DNA of 60,762 bases, counting the filler, from Dimorphilus gyrociliatus (Eukaryota; Animalia; Annelida): NCBI GenBank assembly GCA_904063045.1. It is 4 parts of 4 records of this genome, joined end to end, with 100 filler letters (N's around TTAATTAATTAA, not from the genome) between each part and the next. Parts side by side here need not be neighbours in the genome. Positions count along the whole stretch, not along the records: positions 1 to 23,067 come from CAJFCJ010000106.1; 3 more parts are not named here. One strand, written 5' to 3'. Within the stretch, counting starts at the first letter, position 1. The number at the start of each line of letters is the position of its first letter. The notes below the pieces were generated by a model, which searched no databases, was not told the DNA's origin, and saw only the letters and a list, made by a program, of their open reading frames with translations. This document shows positions 1-13,145 of the stretch, piece by piece. Made by a program: the position numbers and the translations under genes.

Positions 1-480
1 TCATTGAGGAGTCCAGACCCATAATCATTATTGTATCAGAGAACAGTGAGAGTTTATATACTTGAGCTTGCCTCTGATATCCAATCATCACTTTACAGTT
101 GCCAAACTGTCTATTTCATATTTATCTTAGAAACAGATCTTTCAAGGTTCAACATTTAAGAAGGCTAATATACAATAACATTGGTCAAACACAGACTTGG
201 TTAGTCATCTGTAAGTTCATATTTAATTACCAGTTAAAGTTTAGCAAGTTGTAATTAGTTAGCTTTCTACTCCTCAGCATAGGAAACAGTTAGTAATTTG
301 GCAATCTGCTATTACAAACTATTTGCTCTGCTATTGAACATTGATATTGTTATTTCCTTTAGTATTCTGCGTTAAATAAACCATTTAAAGTGTTCGAGAG
401 AACAGTATGTTTTAACTGCAAACTTATAATTGACCAAGCAGGCATTACAATAGTCTGTCTCATCAGCATCTGTATTAAGT
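1..480. repeat. Rearranged copy of dispersed 600-bp repeat family A
   Basis: About 40-165 is the reverse complement of the family A middle (gcctctgatatccaatcatcactttacagttg). About 176-480 matches the left and right parts in + orientation (cf. 24120-24620). Confidence 0.75.
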
Positions 481-2149
481 AAGATGTAAGTATTTTGACA
501 TCCATCTTTTCAATGTTCTTTGTTCCTTTATTAGTTACATAGTGTATCCATCTAACAAAGTTTCCAAAATGGAGGTTTAAGCTAAATTCTTTTCATTATT
601 TGTAATTCAGATGAGTTAAAGTCAAAAGAAAGCCTCAACTGTTAAAAATGATTCATGGTGAGCTTCTAATATTTTTTAACTATTGAAATTACCTGATTTT
701 GTGTTCTTTCACTTCATTATCTATTGATGATTCCTTATTAATAGCACTTTCGTCATTTTCTTGAGGAATTATTACTTTGATGATAAATATCTATGTTCTT
801 TAATTTAATAAATAATTTTCGGTTCATATTTGTGAAGATTCCAAAATGGAGGTTTAAGCTATTAAGTCTGTATTGATAACAAATATCCTCTTATTGCAGC
901 CCTGCAAGAAGGACACTCAGATTTCGGAAGACTCAATAGACATTGTTTACAAGTCAGCACATGACTACAGGGTAAAATCAGCATATATAAGCTATTACAA
1001 CACATTTTTCATTCCAAACTGCGCAAAACTTCATGAAAAACTTTGCTTGTTCATTGATGAACTGACTGAATCATTTGTATTTCTGGAATTATATTATATC
1101 AAAATTCCAAAATATGGAAAAAAAAAGACAAGACTTACTTTTTAGACATTAATACTTACTGTACGTGTATATCGGTTAGATATATTTTGCAATAGATAAG
1201 TAGTGTAAACCGTGATTGTGCTGTGCTGATAGCACTGGTAGAGATAAGCAGTGACATAGAACTAAGGTGAATAAACAATGTGCCACAATAAATTCCATTA
1301 AATTATAGACATATAGTGTATTTCAATTATGCTTGTTCAGTTGTCCCAATCCAACTTGATTGGTATCAGTGTGAACATACATCCATCAGCTATATTCTAC
1401 AATAGAGAAGTAGTATTGAACCAGTATTGTACAATGCAGATAGCACTGATAAAGATAAGCAGTAGTGACCTAGTTTCGCATAGGGCAGTGCATACACATT
1501 ATGCAGCAATAAAACCCATTAAATTATATAAAGAATATTTGCTATTTGCAACATAGCATTAATATTACAATTTATTAATCCATACATTTATGATTTTGAA
1601 CTAAACACAGTGCAATCAAGTATGAATTATGCTTAAATTCTAAGTTTAGATTATATTGACTATTCAACAGTATTGTATACACAATACTGTTCTTCTTAAC
1701 ATGCATTAATCAGATATACTTCCTCTGCATATGCTGATGCTAAATTTACTAACTCAATCAATTCAATATCATTATTAAGGTAGAATATAAAAACGGTCAA
1801 ATATACAATCTACATGTTTTCTTGATTGTTCGACTTGTCCTACTAAACTTGTTACATCTTATGCAACTCTCCAACCTGAGAAATTCAACTATTATTTAGA
1901 AGAGGAAAACAATAAAAACATGACCATATTTACAACTTTTCTTTCTTTGTCTTCAAATGTTACTTTTGTTTTTGTGAACATTGAAATTTGTGAACTATCA
2001 ACCCTTAAAAGAGTATAGAAACCCTACGAAATTAACAGTTGACAGTTCACTTTTCTAACCGTCAGCTAGTTGTTTAAACTAGCTTGTTTAGAACTAGAAG
2101 CTCATTTTACTCAATACATATTCTTTGGATGAAATATTGGTGTTTTGTT

Positions 2150-3002
2150 GATTAATTTCTACCGAAATTGCCTTTGTTAGACTATTTGTGGACAAACTTT
2201 AAAGGTTCTATTTGTTTGAGTACTTTGGCAAGTTGGTAAATGATTGGAAAGGACGATTACAGTTGTGACGAACCAGAAATTCCTACAATTACAATACAAC
2301 AAAGTACACTCAAGATGGATTCCTCGCCAACTTGATTGGTATCAGAAAGACAAAAGGGTGGAGAAGTCTATAGAACTCCCAGAAAAATGTGTTGAAGAAG
2401 GAGGTGATTTTTTGTTAAAAATTGTTACTGGAGATGAAACATGGGTGTTCTATCATAAAGTAATCACTAAAGGAGCTTCTTTAGAATACTATACAAAATT
2501 TTCACCATCACCAAAAAAGGTTAAGATGGGTAAGTCTGCAGACAAACTTATGGCATGTGTGTTTTGGGATAGGGGAAAGCTTATTCACCTAGAATCAGAC
2601 TAAATTCAAAATTTTACGTCAATATCCTAAAGTAATTTAAGCAATGAATTAATAAAATCAGCCTTATGAAGAAGTGATTTTCTTACAAGACAATGCCAGA
2701 TCTCATACCGGCCTACTAACTAGCCAATATCTTGCAGCAACTGGATAGGTAATATTGCCTCATCCAGCCTACAGCACAGATCTGGCATCATCTTTTCTGA
2801 AAATTAGAGGGTTACCTTCGTGGTCAAATATATGAAAATAATGATGAATTGAAAAAGGCAGTAAGGGCATCTTTTAGGTCCAAACTGCCAGAATACTTTG
2901 CCAAAATTGATATGTACCCCACCAGGTGGCAAACATGCATTGATAATAATGGCAATTCAAAGTTAAAATACAAATGATAAAAACTTTTAGAATACCTCCT
3001 AA
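2150..3002 (+). mobile_element. Decayed mariner (Tc1/mariner, DD34D-type) transposon, 5'-truncated
   Basis: ORF 2244-2603 has WIPRQL (WVPHEL-like), IVTGDETW and KLMACVFWD. Downstream frames give LQDNARSH, HPAYSTDLA (HPPYSPDLAP-like) and RWQTCIDNNG, with stops and frameshifts. A mariner-like right end aaaacttttagaatacctcc-TA lies at about 2977-3002. Confidence 0.9.
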
Positions 3003-3833
3003 TATTTATCTTCATGATTACTAACTTAGTATAGACAGAAGAGTACCAGAATATAAGTAGAAATTGTTTTTAATGTCAAATTTTTGTGCATTTTTCCCTG
3101 ACTGCTTGGGACCATAAGGACTTGGGACTTTTGAAATGTGAGAATTCTGTTTTTCTTTTGCAAATCCTAACCCTTGCTACTTATGTTCCTAAAACCTACT
3201 TAATCGATTTAAAAAAGAAACTGTTGATTGATTTATTTAAAAAAATTTACAGTAGAAACTGTGTTCTATTTTGAAGAACCTTTCGGGTAAATTGTCCATA
3301 TTCTAGAATGTTTTCTGGACAAACATCTGTATGAATTGCAACAAGTTTGTCTATTGAAAAATGAAAAAAGATTTTTCCACATTCCTATTAGAGAGAGTTT
3401 GTTAGCATTGTAATTCTATTTATTGGATATTTGACCTTTTTATAAATGTTTTCAAATGTCAATTTTTCATCAAAACATAAAAGTTTGCTATGCATAAAAG
3501 CAATAGATCTTATCAGTAATTTTAAAACATGGGAAGCATTGTAGATTTGATAAAATTTTTTATCAATGTTTACCCTTAAAAAGCTATTTGAAACTGTATA
3601 AATAATTCTATGTTTTTCACTGTATTGAAAAAAATCTAAACCTGAAAAATTATGATTTTTGATTGGTTATTTAAGAGAAGAAAGGAGAAAAAGAAAAGAA
3701 AATAGTTACAATCTTTTCTTCCATTCAGCATTTGATCCCTTCGCAATAGTTCACTGATAGAAATGAAAGAAAAGGAAAAATCTCAAAGAGGATACAAATG
3801 TTTGATTATAGAAATAACATCAAAATTATGAAA

Positions 3834-6800
3834 TTACCCTCTAAGTTGAGACTTTTTCTTTGTATTTGTAATTAAATTTGAAAGTTTATTAATGAGAAAA
3901 GCCCAAGGATTGAGAAACGAGTTTATTGGCATGAAAATAATGATAATTAAAGTATAAATATCATTATTGATATTTATGTGTACCATAAATGATAATAGGC
4001 CTAAAATTGAGAATGGCATCCAGCATAATAAATTTGTTAGTACAATGATAATAACTGATTTAGACAAATTTCTCTTTGACGTATTCTCATTGGAAATTTT
4101 TATGAGTGTTTTCCTTGAGTTTTTTATAATAAAGAATATATGAATATAGCAGACAACAACTATAATATAAATGATAAAAAGAAGAATATTGAATATAATA
4201 AATGATATGAACCATCCATCTTCCCGTTCATTTCTAATATAGAGATTAAAGCATATAGACGTTTTAGCAAAGTAATTCTAATGAAAATGTTTTTAGGTTA
4301 GGCTTTTATTTCTTATTGACCTAATTACCGGATAAAATAGTGAAGGTACAATTGATATTATAAATGCTGTAATAATTATGAATATTAAAAAGTATATCTT
4401 CTTTTGCTTTAGGATTGTTAATCCGAAATTTTTGAGTACAAACAATCTTTCGAATGTTAAAAATAGAATGCTCACTGATGACATAAATAATCCGTAAGTC
4501 AGTAAATTTCCCAATAGTGTACACAGAGCGCTAAATCTCCAATTCTGTTCGTTATGGAGATAATCATCGCGATAATACAAATCAGTAGATACAATTGTTA
4601 AAAGATATATAGACGTTAAAAAATCACCAGCGGTTAACGTCAACTGGTAAGAGACGTAAGATTTCCGTTGAATATTTTGGAAAAAACTGGCAAAAGCTAT
4701 TGAATTGCCAAAAAAACCGCTTATGCCATAAAACCAAAATAATACTCTTATCAAATTATTCTGTAATAAGTTTGTACATGTTTGAATTCGAGATGGAATT
4801 GGCAAACATATTATATTTTCACTAATAAAATTCCATACTAAACAGCAGAAATTATAGTGTAAACTGAATAATTTTCTTAAATTACTTAAACTTTTAGTTA
4901 TCATGTGTTCAGAATTTATTAGTATTTCAGTATTGTTCAAGTGTAATTCTGTCAATTTTGACAATTGATTCATAAAATTCTTATCAACTGCTTTAATTCT
5001 GCAATTTGTTATTTTTAATATTTTTAACTCTTGTAATTTTTGTTTTATATCAAAATTTAAAGTTGATATCTTAGTATCAGAAATATCTAGATAATACAAC
5101 ATCCCAGCTTGAAATGATAGTAAAAATTCCATATTTTCAACTGGATTAAAAGAAATATCAATATACTGCAATAATTTTGGTTTAATTTCCAATTCATTAA
5201 GAAATTTTGAAATATTGTTTTTTTTTAAAACTGCAAATATTAAATTTGGAAAATATTGAAATGAAAATGTTGAAAAATTATTGTTTTCCATAATTAGAAT
5301 ATGCAAATTAGTTGAAATGTTATTAATAATCTCTATTTGGAATCTTCCAACTATGGATAATTTTTTGATATGTTCGAATAATAGAATATTATTGGTAGAA
5401 TGATAATTGTTTTTCCAGTGTTTGTTGTTGCAAACTAGATTGAATAGATTCATTTCCGTACAGAAGTTCGTTACAGTGATATTACCGATGCACAGTTGTT
5501 CGTCACTACCGAGGTAACAATCGACAATATTATTACACACCTTTTCCAATGGGATATAATGTTTTCCTTTTCTGCATTTGAAGAAACCTTGCGGCTGGAA
5601 AGTTTCTATGAAAAATTAAAAATATAACCTTGACATTTTTTTAAAGATGATAAAAGGCAAGAAGAAGACAGAAAATGTCTTATTCTAGGGAAAATTTTAG
5701 GTAAGGACTAGCTAAGGTTATGTTAGGGTTAGGGTTTAGGTAAAGTCATTAAATTCGTCCCCACTCATTCTAAAAAATAAACAGTTACTTACCATCGCAA
5801 AAATGTTCATCGTCACCGTAAAGACAATGGTTGATACCATCGCAGAATTGTTCAATTGATACGCAAAAATTATTCACAGAACAAAGATATTCTCCGGGAT
5901 TACAGGCAGCCTTTTTACAATCTGTCAATTCTTTGAATGGAGAATGCGGTCTAGTCTTCATATATCCCATTGAGTCATACTCTATTCTACAGTAGGTTTT
6001 CGATTGAGCGTTATTACAAGCAGTTTTAAAAAGGTTGCCGTAAGAGGCTTGGCATGTTAACCATCCCTCGTCAATTTTAGTTTGGCAGTCATATCTCAAA
6101 TTACACAAACTGCTTAAAGGCAATAATTTCCCTTCACAAACTAGTCTGTCATTTCCTAATAAAAAAAAAATATGATAACTAAAAAACAAAATGTTTGTCA
6201 AGATTCCATTCTAACCAACATAATTATTTTGTATTTTAGCGTACAAATAATCCTCATCACTTCCATCAAAGCAATTTATTTCACTATCTCCAAACTGATT
6301 CAAATTGATGCACTGTCCATTTGAGCAATGTCTAAAAAATATTTAAATGTTTCATTTGAGTTTTTTTTTAGGTTCAAACTCTGATTAAATCAATCACCGA
6401 AAATCTTTTGAGCAATTCTTTAATTCTGAAATAGTAACGCAAACTTTTTTCTTACCAGTTTTTTTTTTTTTTTTTGTTCAATTAAAACTTATACCGCAAA
6501 ACATTTCATCAGATCCATCGGGACAGTTGGTGATAAAGTCGCAAACGAATCTATAATTAACGGTACTAGTTGAATTAAAGCATATAAACGAATAGGAAGA
6601 GTCTTCTTCGCAGTTGGTTTCATCTTCTCCAAATGGACAATCGGATAATCCATCACAAACGTAGAGATAAGAAACGCATATTATAGAACTTTTACAAAGA
6701 AATGAATTTTTTGGACATTTGAATTCGTCATTTGATTTCAAGGTAAATGAATTATGAATAATTAATTTATTTTCCTCTAATTCTATACAAAACAAGGAAA

Positions 6801-9320
6801 ATGAGTTAATGTAAAAAAAGAAAGGGAGGGAATATCTTATAAAAACTTGATTGCTTTTGACAAATGTAAAATACTGTTCTAATATTATCGCATTTTTGAT
6901 CATTGAATATGAAAGCTGATTGCTCATTTGCATAATTGATTGTAAAACAGTCAAGCGTCATAAACTTTGCAAACGAACCAGACTGAACTTGTTCATATAA
7001 TCTTAATTCGTCACATTTCTGAAACGAAAAAGTTTTACATTGCGCAATTCCTATTTCTAATTAGCATAAAAGCCTATATATATATTATTCACTTTTGGAG
7101 GATGGAGTAACACTTGTTGTCTATTTGAAACTGGTACATTACTAGCTGTGACAGAAATTGGCCGACCTTTTCTCGTAAATTTATGATATATTTCTAAAAT
7201 ATTTGATAAATGTTTAATGCTATTTTAATAGATTATGACTAGAATGTAAAAAATGAAGATACTATTGGGAAAGTTATAGGAACCATAGTTTCCGAAAGAC
7301 ATTACGTAATGTTGATAATAAATTATAAAAAGTAATGTAAAGGACATTTTAGGACTTGGAACATCAGTTAGTGTTAAATTCTGTTCTTGGCATTTCTTTT
7401 CAATTTCATTCAGTGTTTGAATTTCTGAATTTAAAAATAGATAATAGCAAATATCATATATTGCTATTACATTCTCTCCAGAGCATTCAACTTCTGAAAA
7501 GCATTATTCAATTTTTTTCAATTTTTCTTTTAAATTAAAAATATTGACTTGAAATTTTTGAACAGATTAGATAAGCTTCAATGAACGCTTTAGAGCTAAT
7601 TTGGCAGCATAAAGAATTAATATTTTTTATTGCTTTATGATTATTTAAAATGTCAATTTACACTTTAGACTGAAACTCTTCAATTTGACAATTATTCAAA
7701 CTTGTTTTTGAATCATAACAATGAAGAGTTTTAGATAAAACTGCTGAGGTTTTAACTAATTCTTTTGTATATTCTTCATCAGGTTGTTTTAATGTCCCGT
7801 ACAAAAATCCAAATTGTTTACATATAGTTTGAATCTCTCTATATTTCAATGCTAAAAAATAACTTGAAGTTTTTCCATTTACAATAAAAAATCTTCCAGA
7901 AAAAGAAGTGTAGCTGTGTTTTTGACCTGAATACAAAAATCCATTCCAAACATGAGACAGTACATATTTATAGACAACTGCAAAATTTCAAATATACAAT
8001 AAATAGATATTGTGTTTATTCTATGACAATAAATGGCTCAACATACCTGTAGAATCTTTTGAGCAAACAGGATTCAAGTGGCAGAAACCTCCAATTAGCT
8101 GGTAATAAGGATGACATCCTTGGATAGTACCGTTTATATAATTGCAATTTGTAAGTGCAAAACTTTTAACTTGATTGAAATAATACGTTTCGTCTATAAC
8201 TGAATGAGAATTCTTGTCATACAATTTGCAAAAAACGTCATTCAGAACAGGATAATCCTTCTTCACTGGACACTTGAAATAAGGAGGAAGTAATCCGTAT
8301 GATTTCGAGATGAATACATAATTTGAAATTGGATATTTTGGATATTTTGGATATTGTCCTTTTAGTATTATTCTAAAACTTGGATCAGATTTTGTTTCCT
8401 TTACCTCAATATCTATTGACACAGTATTTTTCTTTTTATACAACAGTTTTCCTACAAATCTAAAGAAGATTTCTGCAAAGACAAAATTCTTACCTTCCAG
8501 ATCTAAAAAACTACAACGAAGATATTGATAAGAATTCTGAATTTCACTGATCTTTTTAAATTGAATATTTGATAAATTTCTATGTAAAATTGCAGCAAAA
8601 TTTTCATTTTCAGTTCCATCAAAAAATTCTTCATTATCATTATCAAAAGTCTCTTTCGAGACTATAAATTCAGAATAATTACAGAATGAATAATGATTAT
8701 TTTCATTTAATCTCATTGTTTTAAAATTCTGATTTTCATGTCTAAAGTATAGATAGTATAATTTTGAATTATCTTTCATCACTTCGGATTCTTTAGCGAA
8801 AATATCTTGAAAAAAAAATGATACAACATATATTTTTATTTAAAAGGAATAGTAAACCAGTCTAAATACAAACACGAAGCGTTTCTTTTGTAACATTTTA
8901 GCAAAGTTGCATAAGATAATTTTCCACGTCCAAAAACACTAAATGAAAAACAAAAATTTATTAATAATATTATTTTTTGACTTTGGAAAAATTATTTGTT
9001 TTTCACATATTGCAGCATTTTGAATTTTGCACTATCAAGAATGCAAATGTTTGTAATTTGTTATCATTATCAATTTTGTAAGAATAAGCCACTGAATGAA
9101 TTGAATCGTATCCCATACGATGACATAAATTATACTTGAACGTTTCTAAATGTCTATCGTATTGAAGCGAAATATTATTTGTTTCTTTATCTTCGTTTCG
9201 CTCGATTACTACTAGGCCTTCTGCAAAAATTTCACTCTCTTTTGTTACTCTTAAACCAGTTTTCTGGTAACATTTTACAAGCAGTGCAGAAAGTAAATAA
9301 ATCAAATAAATAGCCTTCAT
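3834..9320 (-). CDS. GRL101-like / LGR-type GPCR: signal peptide, SRCR-like and C-type-lectin-like segments, about 6 LDLa, LRRs, 7TM (multi-exon)
   Basis: Signal-like MKAIYLIYLLSALLVKC at 9320. LDLa motifs CDGLSDCPFGEDE, CDFITNCPDGSDE, CDGINHCLYGDDE and CNNIVDCYLGSDE. LRRs lie in 4293-5549, followed by TM helices with TFERL, CWMPF and INSFLNPW. A 51-nt GT-AG intron at 4278-4328 removes the in-frame stop and restores an open 7TM frame to TAA at 3834. Upstream exon boundaries are approximate. Confidence 0.88.
5660..5765 (-). mobile_element. Truncated TTAGGG-containing MITE in a GPCR intron
   Basis: gacagaaaatgtc end plus ttagggttagggttt core, resembling the 34690 variant. Confidence 0.55.
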
Positions 9321-9889
9321 TTTTTTGTTTTATTTCTATTTGAAAAAAAGCAAAAATATTCACTTTTATATAAATTTATATATTTAATTTAAATAAGTAA
9401 TATAACCTTTTCAAGCTGACATTTTCATAGTGAAATGTAGAGTATTTTAAAGGTCTTGATATTCTTTAGACTTTTGAGTTATTAAAGTTGGTGAAGTAGA
9501 GAAAAAAAAAACAACTTAACAGTGTTTTGGTATATTTCTAGACCATCATGGATAAAAGACAGTTTACCTCTGAAATCTTAATTATTTTCCTTTATTTTAG
9601 GTATGCAAGACAAATTATTAAATTTAAACAAATGTTTAATTTTAAACAATTTATTCAAAATAAAATTCCTAAGCAGGTAGCCATATTAAAGTTTAGTAGC
9701 AGAGTAGATAGTTGACATTAGCAGGATGCTCAAATACCAGACTAGCATCCAACATTAAGGAGTAAAAGGTTTGTTTTGAGTATTTAATTGAAGATCATCC
9801 TTTTTAAAATTTGCCCAAATTAAGAAAAGATTATTTTGAATTAGTGTATAAACCTTCATTTGAAGTCTAACTATTTTTCTCTCATTTAA

Positions 9890-10030
9890 GATCCTTTTGT
9901 AGATATTAAGTAGATAAAAGATAAGATTATAAATAACCAAACATGTTGACAATAACCATAACTGTTAAAAAATAATGTAACAATTGACTCTTAAGGGTTT
10001 ACCTACACAAAGTTGTTGTTTTGTTTACTT
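9890..10030. repeat. Dispersed repeat, inverted partner of 19080-19225
   Basis: aaacatgttgacaa...acctacacaaagttgttgtt is the reverse complement of the 19080-19225 segment. Confidence 0.65.
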
Positions 10031-10104
10031 AATATATCAAATAAAAGAATTGCATATAAATACCAAATTTATATTTTTTGATTTCAAAATAAAAAGAAAA
10101 TTTT

Positions 10105-10436
10105 CTTAAATGTTGAACCTTTTAACATTCTGTTACTAAAGATAAATATGACCTACACAGTTCGGCAATTGTAAAGTGATGATTGGATGTCAGAGGCAAA
10201 CCTCAAAGTATCCTCAAAAAAAATCCTCACTATTTTCATTCTAAGCATTCCTATCTGGACTGAAGGACCTGGGAAGATAACCTGGAAACAGCCGCCACTG
10301 GAACATGGTTCCATCTACTCCTCAACATTGGAAGACAGTTTTGATCTTTTGATTTAAACATTTATTTAAAGGTTTGAGTAGAACCAGTATTGTTCTAACT
10401 TGCAAACACATAAATTGGCCAAGCAAGCACAGTACA
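10105..10436 (+). repeat. Family A repeat, partial copy with internal deletion
   Basis: Aligns to 24205-24621 (aaatgttgaacct ... ggccaagcaag..gtaca). Confidence 0.85.
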
Positions 10437-10640
10437 CTATCTTACTTTGTGCAATGAGTTTCTTCATGATTTGGAAAAATTCGAATTTCATTATCTACAT
10501 ATATCTATGTAAATACTAAGGTCAAGGACAAAACAAAAAGAAAAAATGATTACACCAGCCATTGCTAATTCAGTGGAACTATAAAAAATATAGTCTAAAT
10601 CTAACTAATTTAATGGCTGTTTTGTATCACATCAATAAAT

Positions 10641-10800
10641 GGGACCAGTCAAAAATGGTCGTAAATGAAATATTTGAAGTTAAGATTTCAGGTTGGGAAA
10701 TGGTCAGGAGGAGTAAGATGGCTATTGATTTGTGCTTAGGTGGGTCCCATCTAACGGTTAGGGTAAAGCAATAGATTTATGACCGTTTTCTACTACATCC
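10641..10800 (-). mobile_element. MITE copy with internal deletion
   Basis: Ends gggaccagtcaaaaatggtcgtaaat and atttatgaccgttttctactacatcc match the family termini. Confidence 0.85.
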
Positions 10801-11499
10801 ATAGTAAACTGAGTATTTATAATGTATTAAAATGAAGAAAATTTCACTTCTATTTGAACTAGATAAATTCAGTTGGGAAGAGAAAAAAATTTTCTGCAAT
10901 CAACTTTCAACAAAATATAAAAAGATGTAGCCTTGACACTCAAAGGAAAGAAAATATCTATTTTATTGAATTTTTTATCATTACAAGTAATTAGTTGTGC
11001 AATAATCAGTAAACTTCTATTAAAGTTTTATGTAAAATGACAACATAAGATGTTGGTCATGTGACTATTATTTTTAAATTGTTATTTGAAAAAAGATGAA
11101 TTTAACATTTTGGCTAATTTATTAAATTGAATGAATTAATTGAAATATATAAATCTCTGTTTTCATCAAGGAATAATTTAAATGTCCTAGATTTTGGACA
11201 TTTTGCTGATAAGTAACGGAAATAAGTAGAGAGAATAAAAAACAATTTATTTCCAAAGATTTTCAATAACAAATTTCCATAAAAAGTATCTCAGTATTGT
11301 AATTTATTGCATAAACTTTTAAAATGGTTGAAAATTGAAAATTTGAAGTTTTAATTAAATAAAATCCAAAATATACAAATTTATGATAATTTGAAAATTG
11401 AAAATATTAATCATTGGTAAGTGTTTGAAGACAATTTGAATTTTCTTCAATTGATAATGAATTTATTGAACATGCAAAAGATCCATTAGTTAATGTACC

Positions 11500-11770
11500 T
11501 AAATTGTTTTTATCTTTAGATTCCTTCTGACCAATAACATATACTTCACATATTCTGGTATGATCATTTCTGCCATTTTTATAGAATGACACTCTATTGA
11601 CAATAAATAAACAATCATATGTTAAATGAACTTTAAAAGTTCCATTTGATGGAAGGCAAATTTGTATTTTATTTATATAATGCTTATAGCATTCACCAAT
11701 CGACTGAGTACTAATTGTATGATTTATTAACAAATTTGATCCCCCAACAGTTCTTTCTCTCTCTAGAATT
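11500..11770 (-). pseudogene. Possible fucolectin / F5-8-type-C-like exon fragment
   Basis: Ends in TRICEVYVIG, resembling the LCEVEVFG terminus of such domains. No complete gene model found. Confidence 0.3.
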
Positions 11771-12730
11771 AAAAGTTCACCTGTAAAGAATCAATACTTT
11801 TCCATAAAACAGCTGTTTGTATATTCTATAAACTGGTATGTAGATAAATCTATCTTATAAGGAATTAAGGTTATAGATAAAAAAATCTTTTGTTAAGGAC
11901 TTCTAAATTATCTACTACTGCCTAACTAGTAGCAAAGTATGGAAAATTTTTAGATCAGCACTTTGTAGTTAAAAAATTAACCTCAGGCATGAGGAGAATG
12001 CTAATAAATAAACTTTGTAGAAACATTATTGGTGTGGGTTAATACATGACTGATTAGATTTGATTTCAGCTTACTGCTGTTAAAAATCCATTCAAATATT
12101 CAAGTGGAGATTTTTCAGATTAACACACAAGAGCTAAATTATTTCTATATACTACTTACAGATAGTAATAATTATTTTGGAAAGTCTATTTCTTCTTTTT
12201 TTCGTATCTCTATCCATTTTATTCACTTCAATAAGTCCAGGTTTTCTTTGTGACTTCAATGTTTCTTCTGCCAACAGTTAAAGGTAAATAATGATGATGC
12301 AATGGTAAATCTTTATAGAATTTTTAATAATCTCTCAATAGATAATATTTTTACTAAGGTGACTGGGAAAAAATTTAATTATGATTTTAATTTTAAGACT
12401 TTGCACAAATCAGTTGCTATTTTCTTTTGCCTAACCATTTTGATTTTTATTTCTAATCATCAAGTGAAACTTTAATTTGGAAAGAAAGATATGTTTTATG
12501 GATGGCTTATATTTAAAGTAAATTATACATTTTATGTTTTTAAATAGTTTTAAAAATAAATTCTAACTTTATTCCAAGAACACCATGCTATCTGCAAAGA
12601 ATCAGCCATTTTCATCTATCATCTCTTCTACCAAATTGGACCATTTTCTCCCAATCCCGTTTTCAGAATCTAAAAATGAAACAAAGGAAAAATGGTTCTC
12701 ACTCTTATAGAAAGAACAGTAATTGGGTAA

Positions 12731-12937
12731 GGATGTGGTAGAAAACGGCCATAAATCTATGGTTTTACCCTAACCCTAACCCAGCCCTTGTTTTTGCCTA
12801 ACCTTTTTGAATACCCCTAACCCTTAGATGGGACCCTCCTAAGAACATATCAACAGTTATCTTATTCCTCCTAACCATTTCCCAGGCTGAAATCTAACTT
12901 TCAAATATTTCATTTATGGCCGTTTTCGACTGGTCCC
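12731..12937 (+). mobile_element. 207-bp Mutator-type MITE with (CCCTAA)2 core
   Basis: Perfect 16-bp inverted repeat GAAAACGGCCATAAAT near both ends. Flanking 9-bp TSD attgggtaa/attgggtca. Confidence 0.92.
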
Positions 12938-13145
12938 ATTGGGTCAGATATATTCCCAAATCATTTTATCATTTAATCATTTCTGTTTTTTACAGCATTA
13001 CTAACATTATTATTATTCTGATGATTATAAACACCAGGGGCCAGGACATTCTGACCAAAGACATTGTGTCTTACTTGAAGATATTTCTAGTACAAAATAA
13101 TTATTAAAAGTAATAATTATGATGTTTCATTTTTTAAAGCATTAT

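Noticed and set aside
562-862. 23-bp direct repeat ttccaaaatggaggtttaagcta as element termini
   Set aside because: No TSD, no further copies in the window and no coherent internal feature.
12768-12787. TTAGGG runs as a telomere or interstitial fusion site
   Set aside because: There are only two perfect repeats, always at the same position inside a TSD-flanked MITE.
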